Positions 42,945 through 55,821 are shown, counted from the first letter of the stretch. The stretch: 64,000 nt of DNA from Steroidobacteraceae bacterium (GCA_035342635.1 DAOQXO010000001.1:18751-82750); one strand, 5' to 3'. Made by a program: numbers and translations. Notes: generated from the letters alone by a model not told the origin.

Positions 42945-44393
42945 TCAATTGCGCCAGAACGCCGGCGTGAACAGCACCAGCACGCTGAAGATCTCGAGCC
43001 GGCCGAGCAGCATCGCGAGCGAGAACATCCAGGTCTGGAAGTCGGTGAACGACTGATACTGGGTCGTGGGACCGGCCTGGCCGAGGCCGGGGCCGAGATT
43101 GTTGATCGAAGCCACGACCCCGGTGAAGGCCGAGACGAGGTCGAGCCCCGAGAGCAGCAGCGCGAAGGTGAGTGCCACTACGGTCGCAAAATACAGGGAA
43201 ATGAACGCCAGCACCGAGAACACCACGCGATCGGGAATCACGATGCCACCGATGCGGATCGGCACGATGGCGCGCGGGTGCAGCAGCATCTTCATTTCGC
43301 GGAACGCATGGCGTTGCAGCAGCAGGGTGCGGAACATCTTGATACCGCCGCCGGTCGAGCCCGTGCTGCACACGATGCACGAGAGGAACAGCAACCATAC
43401 CGGCGCGAACACCGGCCAGGCCTCGTAGTTGTCGGTGACGAAGCCGGTCGTCGTCGCGATCGACACCACGGTGAACGCGGCGTGCCGCAGCGAGGCGCCG
43501 AAACCGGCGTAGGTTTGCGAGGCCCACAGCAGTGCCGTGATCGCGGCCACGCTGACACCGAGCACCAGCATGATGGCCTTGGCCTCCGCGTCGCGTGCGT
43601 AAGGCTTGAGTGAACGCCGCTGCACCACCATGAAGTGCCGCGAGAAGTTCACGCAGGCGAACAGCATCAGCGCGATCAGCACGATCTCTACCGCCGCCGA
43701 ATCGAAATGCCCGATGCCGCTGTCGTAGGTCGAAAAGCCGCCCAGCGCCATCGCCGAGAACGCGTGGCAGATCGCATCGAGCCAGTTCATCCCGGCGAGT
43801 CGCAACGCCAGCACGCCGACCAGCGTGACGGTGGCATAGACCAGCCACAGCGCCTTGGCGGTCTGGGTGATGCGCGGGGTCAGCTTCTCGTCCTTGACCG
43901 GGCCCGGGCTCTCGGCCTTGTAGACCTGCATGCCGCCGACACCGAGCAGCGGCAGGACGGCGACGGCCAGCACGATGATGCCGAGGCCGCCGTACCAGTG
44001 CAGCGCGTGCCGCCACAGGTTGATCGACGGCGGCAGCGATTCGATATGGGTGAGCACGGTCGCACCCGTGGTGGTGAGCCCCGACATCGTCTCGAAGAAG
44101 GCGTCGGTGACCGACAGGTCGGGCAACGCCATCAGCAGCGGCACCGTGGCGGCCGCCGACATCATCACCCAGGCGAGGGTCACGAGAAGGAAGCCGTCGC
44201 GCGCCTTCAATTCGCGCTTGTGACGGCGGAACGCCAGCGCGAGGCCGAGGCCGACCAGCACGATGACCGTGGCGCCGACGACAAAGTGGACCAGCATGCC
44301 GTCGCCGGTCAGCAGCGAGCAGGCGATCGGCAGCAGGAAGGTGCTCGCGAACAGCGCGAGCATCAGGCCGAGTACGTACAGGACGCCGAACAC
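42945..44393 (-). CDS. trkH: Trk-type potassium uptake protein TrkH
   Basis: 482 aa, polytopic. Selectivity-filter-like repeats are present (TTTGATV, FSTYDSGIG, TTTGF, STGSTGGGIK). GTG start 7 nt after the trkA stop. Confidence 0.92.
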   Translation of the reverse strand: MFGVLYVLGLMLALFASTFLLPIACSLLTGDGMLVHFVVGATVIVLVGLGLALAFRRHKRELKARDGFLLVTLAWVMMSAAATVPLLMALPDLSVTDAFFETMSGLTTTGATVLTHIESLPPSINLWRHALHWYGGLGIIVLAVAVLPLLGVGGMQVYKAESPGPVKDEKLTPRITQTAKALWLVYATVTLVGVLALRLAGMNWLDAICHAFSAMALGGFSTYDSGIGHFDSAAVEIVLIALMLFACVNFSRHFMVVQRRSLKPYARDAEAKAIMLVLGVSVAAITALLWASQTYAGFGASLRHAAFTVVSIATTTGFVTDNYEAWPVFAPVWLLFLSCIVCSTGSTGGGIKMFRTLLLQRHAFREMKMLLHPRAIVPIRIGGIVIPDRVVFSVLAFISLYFATVVALTFALLLSGLDLVSAFTGVVASINNLGPGLGQAGPTTQYQSFTDFQTWMFSLAMLLGRLEIFSVLVLFTPAFWRN

Positions 44394-44399
44394 GCGGCG

Positions 44400-45773
44400 T
44401 TACGGGCTGGTGCCGGACACGAACAGTTTCTCCACCTGGTCGACGTGGCGACGGTCGCCGAGAAAGATGATCACGTGGTCGTTTTCCTGCACCACCGTAT
44501 CGTCCTTCGCCATGATGACGTCGTTGCCGCGCGTGATCGCCCCTATGGTGGCGCTGTCCGGCAGCGGGATGTCGCCAACCGCGACACCGACGATGCGGGA
44601 GCTGCCCGCCCTGCCGTGCGCGATGGCCTCCATCACCTCGGCGCTGCCATGGCGCAGCGAATGCACGCGCACCACGTCGCCGCGCCGCACATGGGCGAGC
44701 AGCGAGCCGATCGTCACCGTCTGCGGCGAGATCGCGACGTCGATGCTGCCGCTCTCCATCAGCTCGGCGTAGGAGGGCTTGTTGATCAGCGCCATGACCT
44801 TCCTTGCGCCGAGGCGCTTGGCCAGCATCGCCGAGAGGATGTTGGCTTCCTCGGAGTTGGTGACCGCGGCGAACACGTGCGAGTTGTCGATGTTCTCCTC
44901 GATCAGCAGTTCCTCGTCCGCGGCGTCGCCGTTCAGGACGATGGCGCTCTCGAGCCGTTCGGCGACGTACCTCGCGCGATCGGCATTGCGTTCGATCACC
45001 TTGACGTGGTGGCTGTCTTCGAGCGCGTGCGCGAGGCGCAAGCCGATGCTGCCGCCGCCGGCGATCACGATGCGGCGGGCGGCCTCGCCCGCGACGCGCA
45101 GTTCATCCATGACGCGGCGCATATGCTCGCGCGTGGCGAACAGGAACACTTCGTCGTCGGCCTCGATCACCGTTTCGGGCCCGGGCTCGATACGGCGCCC
45201 GTCGCGATACACGGCGACGATATGCGAGTCGAAGTCCGGCAGGTGCTCGCGCAGCATGCGGATCGGCTGGCCGACGAGTGGCGCGCCGGTCTCGGCACGC
45301 ACGCCGACGAGCCGGACCCGACCCGCCGCGAAGGTCAGCACCTGCAGTGCACCCGGGTAGCGGATCAGGCGCTCGATGTACTCGGTGACCAGCTGCTCGG
45401 GGCTGATCCAGACGTCGACCCGCAGGGCCTCGGCGCTGAACAGCGCGGGCGTGCTGGCGTACTCGGACGAGCGGATACGGGCGATCTTGGTCGGCGTGCG
45501 ATACAGCGTGTAGGCAATCTCGCACGCGAGCATGTTGATCTCGTCGCTGTTCGTGAGCGCGATCAGCACTTCGGCCCTGGCGGCGCCCGCAGCCTCGAGT
45601 ACCGACGGGAACGAGCCGCTGCCCGCGACCGTGCGGATGTCGAGGCGGCCCTGCAGGTCGCGCAGCACCTGTTCGTTCGTGTCGACGACCGTGACGTCGT
45701 TCGCCTCCTCGCGCGACAGGTGGTATGCGGCCGTACGACCGACCTGGCCCGCGCCGAGAATCACGATTTTCAT
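44400..45773 (-). CDS. trkA: Trk system NAD-binding peripheral subunit TrkA
   Basis: Two RCK/KTN Rossmann repeats: MKIVILGAGQVG and RIVIAGGGSIGLRLA. 457 aa. Confidence 0.94.
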   Translation of the reverse strand: MKIVILGAGQVGRTAAYHLSREEANDVTVVDTNEQVLRDLQGRLDIRTVAGSGSFPSVLEAAGAARAEVLIALTNSDEINMLACEIAYTLYRTPTKIARIRSSEYASTPALFSAEALRVDVWISPEQLVTEYIERLIRYPGALQVLTFAAGRVRLVGVRAETGAPLVGQPIRMLREHLPDFDSHIVAVYRDGRRIEPGPETVIEADDEVFLFATREHMRRVMDELRVAGEAARRIVIAGGGSIGLRLAHALEDSHHVKVIERNADRARYVAERLESAIVLNGDAADEELLIEENIDNSHVFAAVTNSEEANILSAMLAKRLGARKVMALINKPSYAELMESGSIDVAISPQTVTIGSLLAHVRRGDVVRVHSLRHGSAEVMEAIAHGRAGSSRIVGVAVGDIPLPDSATIGAITRGNDVIMAKDDTVVQENDHVIIFLGDRRHVDQVEKLFVSGTSP

Positions 45774-45777
45774 GTTG

Positions 45778-47994
<2,217 letters not shown>

Positions 47995-48005
47995 AGAGCC
48001 GCCTA

Positions 48006-49064
48006 TTATGCCGGGGGCTCCGACCTTTCATCCATGTAGTCGAGCAGTGCGGCGGCGAGGGTCAGCACGAGGGGGCCGACGATCAGGCCGATCGCGCCGA
48101 ATGCGGCTGCTCCGCCGAGCACGCCGATGAACACCGTGAGCGTGGAGATCCTCGCCCGGCTCGACACCAGCAGCGGGCGTACCAAGTTGTCGGCCGAGGA
48201 CACGCCGAGGCCCCATATCAGCAGGAAGATCGCCATGCCCCAGCGGCCCTGCATCGCGAGATAGAGCACGCCGGGGATCCAGACGATCGCGGCGCCGCCG
48301 AAAGGCAGCAGGGCGAACAGGGCCGCGAGCACGCCGAACACCACGAAGGAGGACAGGCCCGCGATCGCGAAGCCGACGCCTACCGCGGCGCCCTGCAGCA
48401 ACGCCGTGATGCCGCTGCCGAATACGACCGCGCGGGTGACCTGGGCGAGGTGATCGACCAGGCCGTCGCGCCGCTCGGGCTGCATCGGGATGAGCCGCAC
48501 GCCGCGCCTGATCCAGGCGGCACCGTCGCACAGGAAGAAATAGAGCAGCACGATCGCGATCGCGAAAGCGAGCACGGTGCCGAGCGCACCGACGACCACG
48601 TTGCCGCCGATTGTCGCGCCCCACTTGAGGAACGACTCGCCGCTCGAGAGCAGCCAGTCGCGCAGCTCCTGGGCGCCGAAACCGGTGTGCTCATCGACCC
48701 ACAGCAGGACCGGTCCGACGACCGGATATTGCTCGAACTGGGTCAGGCCGCCCACGCCGAGGCCCTGCACGAAGCCCCGGGCACGGCCGGCCAGCTCCGC
48801 AGCCTGCGCCGCGAACACCCCGCCGATCACGGCGAGCGGTATCAGGATGGCGACGGGTGTCAGGACCGTGATCAGCGCGGCCGACATGGTCGCGCGCCCC
48901 TTGAAACACCTGGTCCAGCGCTCGTGCAGCGGGTAGAGCATGAAGGCGAGGAACGCCGCCCAGACCATCGGGCCGAGGAAAGGCTCGAGAACCCGGAACA
49001 GCAGATAACCGACGAGCAGCAGGGCGGCGACTGCGAACCCGCGCCGGTAGAACGGGGAGTCCAT
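48006..49064 (-). CDS. AI-2E family transporter (PerM/UPF0118)
   Basis: 352 aa with about 8 TM helices and the typical pattern (LGPMVWAAFLAFMLYPL..., conserved LLPFGGAAIVWIP). Confidence 0.85.
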   Translation of the reverse strand: MDSPFYRRGFAVAALLLVGYLLFRVLEPFLGPMVWAAFLAFMLYPLHERWTRCFKGRATMSAALITVLTPVAILIPLAVIGGVFAAQAAELAGRARGFVQGLGVGGLTQFEQYPVVGPVLLWVDEHTGFGAQELRDWLLSSGESFLKWGATIGGNVVVGALGTVLAFAIAIVLLYFFLCDGAAWIRRGVRLIPMQPERRDGLVDHLAQVTRAVVFGSGITALLQGAAVGVGFAIAGLSSFVVFGVLAALFALLPFGGAAIVWIPGVLYLAMQGRWGMAIFLLIWGLGVSSADNLVRPLLVSSRARISTLTVFIGVLGGAAAFGAIGLIVGPLVLTLAAALLDYMDERSEPPA

Positions 49065-49098
49065 CGGCGCATTATGCTATCGGCAGGAGGCCTTGGCG

Positions 49099-49719
49099 AT
49101 GAAGCTCTACGACTATCTCGACTCGGGCAACGGCTACAAGGTGCGGCTGGTGCTGGCGCAGCTCGGCCAGTCCTGCGACTGGGTCGAATGCGACATCCTC
49201 CAGGGCGCCACCCGTACGCCGGAGTTCCTGGCCCGCAACCCGAATGGGCGCATACCGCTGCTCGAACTCGACGACGGCAGCTTCCTCGCTGAATCGAACG
49301 CGATCATCTGGTATCTCGCCGAAGGCTCGCCGCTCGTTCCCGACGATCGCCTGCTGCGCGCGCAGGTGCTGCAGTGGATGTTTTTCGAGCAGTACAGCCA
49401 CGAGCCGTACGTGGCCACGCCGCGCTTCATCGTCAGGCACCTGCCGGCAGATTCGCCGCGCCGGGCGGAATTGCCCGAGCGCCTGGAGCGCGGCCGCGCC
49501 GCACTCGCCGTGATGGACCGCCACCTCGGTGGCCAGCGCTTCTTCGTCGGCCATCGCTACACGATCGCCGACGTCGCGCTGTACGCCTACACGCACGTAG
49601 CCCACGAGGGCGGCCACGACCTCGCCCCGTTCGCGCACGTGCGCGCGTGGCTCGATCGGGTGCAGTCGCAGCCCGGGCACATACTGCTTGCAGCGCGGCC
49701 GGCGCCACGCCGCGCCTGA
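49099..49719 (+). CDS. Glutathione S-transferase
   Basis: ATG 49099 lies 9 nt after GGCAGGAGG (the ORF track starts 2 codons earlier at a TTG). Thioredoxin-like N-domain MKLYDYLDSGNGYKVRLVL...NPNGRIPLLELDDGSFLAESNAII and a helical C-domain. Confidence 0.88.
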   Translation: MKLYDYLDSGNGYKVRLVLAQLGQSCDWVECDILQGATRTPEFLARNPNGRIPLLELDDGSFLAESNAIIWYLAEGSPLVPDDRLLRAQVLQWMFFEQYSHEPYVATPRFIVRHLPADSPRRAELPERLERGRAALAVMDRHLGGQRFFVGHRYTIADVALYAYTHVAHEGGHDLAPFAHVRAWLDRVQSQPGHILLAARPAPRRA

Positions 49720-49725
49720 GCGCAG

Positions 49726-50517
49726 TTACCAGCGGTTGCGCAACTCGCGCAGCTTGAGGAAGACGTCCCGCGGGCTCGGCTGGTCCGGCAGATCGGGGCA
49801 GGCTTCGCGCAGCCGGGCGACGATCTGCGGGTTCTGCAGCCGGAAGAACGTGTTGATCCGCTTCTCCTCGCCGAGCGTGGTGATCGGCGCAGCCGCCGGG
49901 TCCTGGACCTGCGCGTCGCGATGCATCGTCGCGGCGATCTCGTTACCCGGCTCGCGATCCAGCGTGAATGCCAGGTTGCGCTCGAGATATTCATGGCCCG
50001 GGTATATACGCGTGGCGTCGGGCAGACGGGCGAGCTGCTGCGCGAATGTCTCGTAGAGCAGCTCGGGGTGTCCGCCGTGGTGGCAGTTGCCGGCGCCGGC
50101 ATTGAAGAGCGTGTCGCCGCAGAACAGCACCGGCGTCTCGCCACGCCCGTAGAGGCACAGGTGCGCGAGCGTGTGGCCTGGCGTATCGAGGCACTCGAGC
50201 TCCACGGTGCGCCCGACGCGCACCACGTCGCCGCGCGTGAGTCCGACGTCGACATGGCCGATGCGAGCGGCCGCCCCGGCATGCGCCAGGACGCGCGCGC
50301 CGGTGGCCTCGCGCAGCGGCTCGTTGCCACCCGTATGGTCGCGGTGTTCGTGCGTGTTCAGGATCTGCGTGATCTCGTAACCGCGCGCGCGGGCCGCCGC
50401 GACGCACTTGCGCCAGTCGAGCGGGTCGATCGCGAGCGCCTCGCCGGTTTCGGCGCAGGCGACGAGGTAATGGAAGTTGCGGTAGTCGTTCGCGGTCCAG
50501 ATCCGTTCGATCAGCAT
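49726..50517 (-). CDS. gloB: Hydroxyacylglutathione hydrolase (glyoxalase II)
   Basis: ATG 50517 (MLIERIWTANDYRNFHYLVA). MBL motif THEHRDHTGG. C-terminal substrate-binding helices (RINTFFRL). The 41 upstream codons are rejected. Confidence 0.9.
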   Translation of the reverse strand: MLIERIWTANDYRNFHYLVACAETGEALAIDPLDWRKCVAAARARGYEITQILNTHEHRDHTGGNEPLREATGARVLAHAGAAARIGHVDVGLTRGDVVRVGRTVELECLDTPGHTLAHLCLYGRGETPVLFCGDTLFNAGAGNCHHGGHPELLYETFAQQLARLPDATRIYPGHEYLERNLAFTLDREPGNEIAATMHRDAQVQDPAAAPITTLGEEKRINTFFRLQNPQIVARLREACPDLPDQPSPRDVFLKLRELRNRW

Positions 50518-50521
50518 GTCC

Positions 50522-52603
50522 CTACCCGCCCATGCCCGTGCGCCCGATGACGCGATGATCGTGGTCGTCGGGCTCCAGCGGGGCGGTGATGCGCACGCGC
50601 GTGCCGCGGCCCGGGCTGGAGTCGATCTCGAGCGTGCCACCGATGATGGCCAGGCGCTCGCGGATGCTGTAGAGACCGAAGCCCCCCTGCTCTGTAGGCA
50701 GGAAGGTCAGGTCCGAGACGTTGAATCCGACACCGGAATCGGAAATTCCGAGTTCGAACTGGCCGTCGGCTACCCGGGTGCGGATCGCAACGACCGTCGC
50801 CTGCGCGTGCCGCGCCACATTCTGCAGCAACTGGCGCGCGGCCTGGTAGATGAGCACGGCGGTCGACTCGGCGAGGGGCTTTTGCGCGCCATCGTCCTCG
50901 AACTCGACCTGCACGCGCTGGCGCTTGGCGAACTCCTCGGCGAGCCAGCGCAGGCCGGAGACGATGTCCTGGTCGGAGAGCCCGGGCGGCATCAGGTCCG
51001 AGAGCAGCGCGCGCACCTGGGCGGTGGATTCGCTGATCGTCAGTTCGAGCGCCGAGAGGTCCGGCAGCGGCCGACCCTGTTCGACAGTGGCGCGGATCGC
51101 CGCGACGTGCATCTGCAGGCCGATCAGGCTCTGCGCAAGGCCATCGTGGAGGTCGGCGGCGATCTTGCGCCGCGCGCGCTCCTCGGTGAGCGTCAGTTCG
51201 GTGGCGAGCGCGCGCAACTTGCGCTGCTGCTGCTCGAGGCGCCGCTGCGCGGCGCGATAGTGCGTGATGTCGCGCGCCACTCCCCACAGGCGCCGCAAGG
51301 CGCCGTGGTCGATTTCGGTCGTGAGCGACACGAGCAGTGTGCGGTCGAGTCCATAAGGGCCCGGCAGCACGCATTCGAGGTTCTCGACACGTCCGCCCGC
51401 GATGATCGCGTCGGGCACCGTTGCGAGGCAGTGCTTGAGCCACGGCGGATGGCGCGTGATGCGATCCGTCACCTCGCCCGTGCCTTCCGCCTTGCGATAG
51501 GCGTCGTTGGCTTCGGCGATCCAGGCATACTTGTCGAGCCACTGGCGCTGCTCCTTCGCGGACAGCAGCAGCGGCATCGGTTGCGACAGCTCGAGCCGGA
51601 AGATCGCCTCCGAACTCTGGCTGACGAAGGCGCGATAGCGCTCGTCGCTCGCGCGCACGAGCTGCAGGGCATCGCGCTTCTCGGCGATCGACGCCTGCAC
51701 CACCAGCAGGGGCACGACGACCAGCGCGAGGAATGCCTGCAGGTTCAGTGTTGCACCGAACGGCTCGCCTGGCGTCACGGCGAACGGTCCCCTTCCGGCG
51801 AGCGTGCACGTGGCCGATACGAGCGCGACCAGGAAGAGCGCCAGCGTGATGCGCCGCGCCCCGCAGTTCGCCGAGATCCAGAGCAGCGCGGCATAGACGA
51901 CATACGGCGAATCCAGCGCGAATGTCTCGAACCTGTGCTCCATGCCGAACACGAACCACAGCAGCAGCGCCAGCACCGTGAACTGCAGCAGCACGTACCA
52001 GGCCCGCGGCGGCGGCTGGGCCGGCGCGGCGCGCACGCCCGACTCCGCCCAGGACACCGCCAGCGGCACGATGATCACCGCGCCGACGTAGCCGCTGAAC
52101 CACCAGGTCTGCTGGTTGCTCCAGTACGCCGCTGTGCCGGCCGCAGTGGCTACGGCGGCGCCGATCACGCCGCCGACGAAGGTGGCGACGAGGAGTATGA
52201 AGGTCAGGCGCGCGGTCGGGCCGGTGCGGGAAAAATCCACCCGCGGGCCGATATGGCGCCCGATGAGCCAGGCCGCGAATACCGCCTGGCCGATGTTCAC
52301 CAGGCCGACCAGGGTACCGGCGAGCGGATTGAATACCGAATGGACGAGCGCAAACGCGCAGACCTCGGCGAGCAGACCCGAGGCGAACAGCCATGGCCAG
52401 TAACGCCGCGGAAAGAGCATCAGGGCGGCGATGTAGGTACCGGCTCCGGGCCAGATCACCGCGGCGCTGTGGGCGCCGATCATCAAATGGCTGCCTAGCC
52501 AGGCGGCGGCGAGGTGTACAGGGAAAAATCCTGCCGCGACCGCGAGCGGCGGCCACTTCGCCAGGAACTGTCGCGGCTCGTCATGCACCGGTCGGCCTCG
52601 CAC
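50522..52603 (-). CDS. Sensor histidine kinase: MASE1 membrane domain - PAS - HisKA_3 - HATPase_c (NarL/LuxR-partner type), no adjacent response regulator
   Basis: About 8 TM helices at the N-terminus have a MASE1-like pattern (AVIWPGAGTYIAALMLFPRRYWP). H-box IAADLHDGLAQSL. ATPase boxes QNVARHAQA and GGFGLYSIRERL. GTG start uncertain. Confidence 0.85.
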   Translation of the reverse strand: MRGRPVHDEPRQFLAKWPPLAVAAGFFPVHLAAAWLGSHLMIGAHSAAVIWPGAGTYIAALMLFPRRYWPWLFASGLLAEVCAFALVHSVFNPLAGTLVGLVNIGQAVFAAWLIGRHIGPRVDFSRTGPTARLTFILLVATFVGGVIGAAVATAAGTAAYWSNQQTWWFSGYVGAVIIVPLAVSWAESGVRAAPAQPPPRAWYVLLQFTVLALLLWFVFGMEHRFETFALDSPYVVYAALLWISANCGARRITLALFLVALVSATCTLAGRGPFAVTPGEPFGATLNLQAFLALVVVPLLVVQASIAEKRDALQLVRASDERYRAFVSQSSEAIFRLELSQPMPLLLSAKEQRQWLDKYAWIAEANDAYRKAEGTGEVTDRITRHPPWLKHCLATVPDAIIAGGRVENLECVLPGPYGLDRTLLVSLTTEIDHGALRRLWGVARDITHYRAAQRRLEQQQRKLRALATELTLTEERARRKIAADLHDGLAQSLIGLQMHVAAIRATVEQGRPLPDLSALELTISESTAQVRALLSDLMPPGLSDQDIVSGLRWLAEEFAKRQRVQVEFEDDGAQKPLAESTAVLIYQAARQLLQNVARHAQATVVAIRTRVADGQFELGISDSGVGFNVSDLTFLPTEQGGFGLYSIRERLAIIGGTLEIDSSPGRGTRVRITAPLEPDDHDHRVIGRTGMGG

Positions 52604-52642
52604 GCCTCGTGCCGGTCACCTTGCCGGTGTGGCCGATCCGCG

Positions 52643-53533
52643 TCAACTGCGCAGCGAGTCGGCGATCAGCTGGGTCGTCGGCAGGTAGTGGTCCACCAGC
52701 AGCGCGATGAAGATCCACATGAGCCAGGTCACGGAGAACTTGAATACGCGCATCGGCAGCTCCTGCCGGTCGGTGAATTTCATCGCGAGCGCGTAGTAGA
52801 GGAAGATGCCGTTCAGCACCAGTGCGGCGACGAGATAGATCAGGCCGCTCATGCCGGTGACGAAGGGCATCAATGTCACGAGCACCAGCAGCACGGTGTA
52901 CAGCAGCACCTGCAGGCGCGTGTACGCCACGCCATGCGTGACCGGCAGCATCGGAATGCCGGCGCGCGCGTACTCGTCCTTGCGGGCGATCGCGAGGGCC
53001 CAGAAATGCGGGGGCGTCCATACGAAGATGATCAGGAACAGCAGCAGCGCGTCCGGGTCGATCGAGTTGGTCACTGCGGCCCAGCCGAGCACCGGGGGAG
53101 CCGCGCCCGCCGCGCCGCCGATCACGATGTTCTGCGAGGTCGCCCGCTTGAGCCAGGCGGTGTAGATCACCGCGTAGCCGATCAGCGAGAAGAAGGTCAG
53201 CACGGAAGTCAGCGGATTGACGAGGATCCACAGGATCAGCATCGACAGGACGCCGAGCGCCGCCGCGAACAGCAGCGCGCGTGCGGTGCTGATCTTGCCC
53301 TTCGGGATCGGCCGGTTGCGCGTGCGCGCCATTTTCTCGTCGATCTTCTGGTCGAGCACGTGGTTGATCGCGGCGGCGCAGGCGGCGGCCAGGGCGATGC
53401 CGAGGTTGCCCCACACGAGCGGCCCGAGCGGCGGCCAGCCGGGACTCGCGAGCAGGGTGCCGACGATCGCCGTGAAGACGATCAGGTAGACGACCCTGGG
53501 CTTGGTCAGCTCGAAGTAGTCGCGCCAGCTCAT
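52643..53533 (-). CDS. ctaB: Protoheme IX farnesyltransferase (heme O synthase)
   Basis: ATG 53533 ([17 protein letters not shown]) overlaps the ctaA stop (ATGA). UbiA-family motifs [19 protein letters not shown]. Confidence 0.94.
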   Translation of the reverse strand: MSWRDYFELTKPRVVYLIVFTAIVGTLLASPGWPPLGPLVWGNLGIALAAACAAAINHVLDQKIDEKMARTRNRPIPKGKISTARALLFAAALGVLSMLILWILVNPLTSVLTFFSLIGYAVIYTAWLKRATSQNIVIGGAAGAAPPVLGWAAVTNSIDPDALLLFLIIFVWTPPHFWALAIARKDEYARAGIPMLPVTHGVAYTRLQVLLYTVLLVLVTLMPFVTGMSGLIYLVAALVLNGIFLYYALAMKFTDRQELPMRVFKFSVTWLMWIFIALLVDHYLPTTQLIADSLRS

Positions 53534-54546
53534 GCGCGTACGCGCCGGTTGAGCAGCACCGCCGACAGCAGCAACAACGCGGCTCCGGCGTTGTGCGCGG
53601 TGGCGAGCCATAGCGGGAAGCCCCGCCACACCATGAAGATGCCGATCAGGAGCTGCAATGCCAGGGCGGCGATGACGAATACCGCGGCACGCACCGTGCC
53701 CGGCGTCCTGATGCGCGCGAGCGCCGTGGCGGCGGCGATCAGCAGCGCGATGGAGGCGACGATCGCGCCGAGGCGGTGCACGAAGTGGATCGCGACGCGG
53801 GTCGGGTGATCCAGCACGCCACCCTCGTAGTTGATGCCGAGTCCGTGCCACAACACGAACGCATCGCCAAAATCCATTCCAGGCCACCAGCGGCCCTGGC
53901 AGGTCGGAAAGTCCGGGCACGCCATCGCGGCATAGTTGCTGCTGGTCCAGCCGCCGAGCGCGATCTGCAGCGCAAGGGCGACGATCGCGATGATCGCCCA
54001 GCGGCGCACGAGGCGCGGCGCATCGTGGTTCTGCGGGCGGGGTCGCAGCGACAGCCACAGCCAGGACAGCATCGCGAGCGTGGTGAGGCCGAATACCAGG
54101 TGTGCGGTCACGATCAGCGGTTTCAGCAGCCAGGTCACCGTGAGCATGCCGAGGATGCCCTGGAACACGACGACGGCGAGCAGCGCGACCGACAGCCGCA
54201 GCGGCACGAGCCTTCTTGCGCGCGTGGCGATCGCGATCGCCGTGAGAACCACGATGATGAGCCCGAGCGTCGTCGCAGCATAGCGATGGATCATTTCGCG
54301 CCACGCCTTGCCCGCGTGGACTTCCGCGCCGGGGAAGCGCTCCTGCACGGCGGCGTCGTTGGCGAGGGCGCCGATCGGGGTGATGTGTCCGTAGCAGCCC
54401 GGCCAGTCCGGGCAGCCGAGACCCGCGTCGGAGAGGCGCACGTAGGCGCCGAGGACCACGACGATGAGGCACAGCAGCATGGCCGCGAGTGCGAGCCGGC
54501 GGGCGAGTGTGGTGACGGTCACCGAGCGAGGTCCTTCAGCCGACAT
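53530..54546 (-). CDS. ctaA: Heme A synthase (COX15/CtaA)
   Basis: 338 aa, 8 TM helices. Conserved His contexts are present ([33 protein letters not shown]). Confidence 0.9.
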   Translation of the reverse strand: MSAEGPRSVTVTTLARRLALAAMLLCLIVVVLGAYVRLSDAGLGCPDWPGCYGHITPIGALANDAAVQERFPGAEVHAGKAWREMIHRYAATTLGLIIVVLTAIAIATRARRLVPLRLSVALLAVVVFQGILGMLTVTWLLKPLIVTAHLVFGLTTLAMLSWLWLSLRPRPQNHDAPRLVRRWAIIAIVALALQIALGGWTSSNYAAMACPDFPTCQGRWWPGMDFGDAFVLWHGLGINYEGGVLDHPTRVAIHFVHRLGAIVASIALLIAAATALARIRTPGTVRAAVFVIAALALQLLIGIFMVWRGFPLWLATAHNAGAALLLLSAVLLNRRVRA

Positions 54547-55084
54547 GGGATAGCCCCAGCAGTTTCTTCAGATCGGTGAGCAGGCCCTTGGGATCGTCAT
54601 GCGAGTCGAATGTCATGATCAGGTTGCCGAGCGGATCGATGAGGTAGATCGTGTTGTCCGGCGTACCGGCCGGCAGCGCGCCGAGCAGCGCACTGCCGGC
54701 GCTGCCGGCCGGGTCGAGTGTGATGATTCCCGGATGTTCGCTTGCGAGGAAGTCCGTCTCGCAGCAATCCGCCGGCGCGATGAACACGCGCTGCACGCGA
54801 TCGAAATCCTTCGCCAGCAGCAGGTGGGTCTGGCGGGTCTTGTACAGGGCCTCGCGGCAGCTGTCGCTGCAGGCGTCGCTCGCGACGAGCAGCAGCGTCC
54901 ATTTCGATTCCGGCCACGGCACTTCGAGCGCCACGGGATCGGCGAGCAGCACGCCGTGGTTGGTGCTCTGCGCGGGCCGCCAGCCGCCGCCGTAGTAGAG
55001 CGCGAAGGCGATGAACAGCGGCACGAAGAACAGCGCGGCGAGGCCGATCAACGTACGAAGTCCGCGGGCATTGGCGTTGTTCAT
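54536..55084 (-). CDS. Membrane-anchored thioredoxin-fold protein with CxxxC motif (SCO1/SenC-like), cytochrome oxidase biogenesis cluster
   Basis: ATG 55084 (MNNANARGLRTLIGLAALFFVPLFIAF) overlaps the SURF1 stop (ATGA). The CSDSC motif sits in LLLVASDACSDSCREAL. Its position between SURF1 and ctaA is conserved in such clusters. Confidence 0.55.
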   Translation of the reverse strand: MNNANARGLRTLIGLAALFFVPLFIAFALYYGGGWRPAQSTNHGVLLADPVALEVPWPESKWTLLLVASDACSDSCREALYKTRQTHLLLAKDFDRVQRVFIAPADCCETDFLASEHPGIITLDPAGSAGSALLGALPAGTPDNTIYLIDPLGNLIMTFDSHDDPKGLLTDLKKLLGLSHVG

Positions 55085-55821
55085 CGATCTGTCTTGTGCA
55101 GGTTCAGGATCACGTAGAGCACCGCGACGGTCGCGGCAAACAGCCACCATTGCGCCGCGTACGAAAAATGACGTTCCGGCGGTATGCCGGGTGCCTGCCA
55201 TTGGCGAATGTAGCCGTCCGGCGCATCCGCATCGAGCAGGACCTGGCGGGTCTCCACAGCCCGCCCAAGCACCGCGACGAGTTCGTCGTGCCGAGGATAG
55301 CTCGTAAGCTTGGGCCACGATGCATCCGGATCCGGCGCCGCGTGGCCGGCGGCCATGCCCTGCACCGGCAGCGTATCAACGCGGCCAGTCACGGTCACGG
55401 ACCCCGTGGTGCCGGCCAGTGCGACATCCGGCAAGCGGTCGCGATAGCCGGTGAACGGCACCCAACCGCGGTTGACGAGGACCAGGCGGCCATCGTGCAG
55501 TTCGAACGGCGTCAGTACCTCGTAGCCGGCCCGGCCTGCGTGCGTGCGGTTGTCGAGCAGGATCTGGTGCTCGCCGTCGTAGCGCCCCTCGAGCCGCACG
55601 CGCGTGAAGCGCGGCAGGGCCTCGAGTGCCTGCATGCCGGGGTCGATGGTCGGCGCAGCGTCAGTCGCGAAATCCTGCCACACGGCTTGCCTCGCGACGC
55701 CGCGGTTCCATTGCCAGGCACCACAAGTCACGAACACAGCGATGCTGAGCACTGCCAGTGCGGTCATGGGCCAGGAGGGCGTGAACACCCGCCGGCGGCC
55801 GATGTGGATCGATAGCCTCAA
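55081..55821 (-). CDS. SURF1-family cytochrome oxidase assembly protein
   Basis: 246 aa. N-terminal TM plus GAWQWNR, C-terminal TM with HFSYAAQWW. This is the typical SURF1/Shy1 pattern. Confidence 0.88.
   Translation of the reverse strand: MRLSIHIGRRRVFTPSWPMTALAVLSIAVFVTCGAWQWNRGVARQAVWQDFATDAAPTIDPGMQALEALPRFTRVRLEGRYDGEHQILLDNRTHAGRAGYEVLTPFELHDGRLVLVNRGWVPFTGYRDRLPDVALAGTTGSVTVTGRVDTLPVQGMAAGHAAPDPDASWPKLTSYPRHDELVAVLGRAVETRQVLLDADAPDGYIRQWQAPGIPPERHFSYAAQWWLFAATVAVLYVILNLHKTDR

Noticed and set aside
31000-43000. Genomic island or mobile element carrying the STAND/SLOG operon.
   Set aside because: I saw no integrase, transposase, recombinase, tRNA gene, phage genes or flanking direct repeats. 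Codon style looks like the rest of the window by eye. Island status cannot be supported from this sequence alone.
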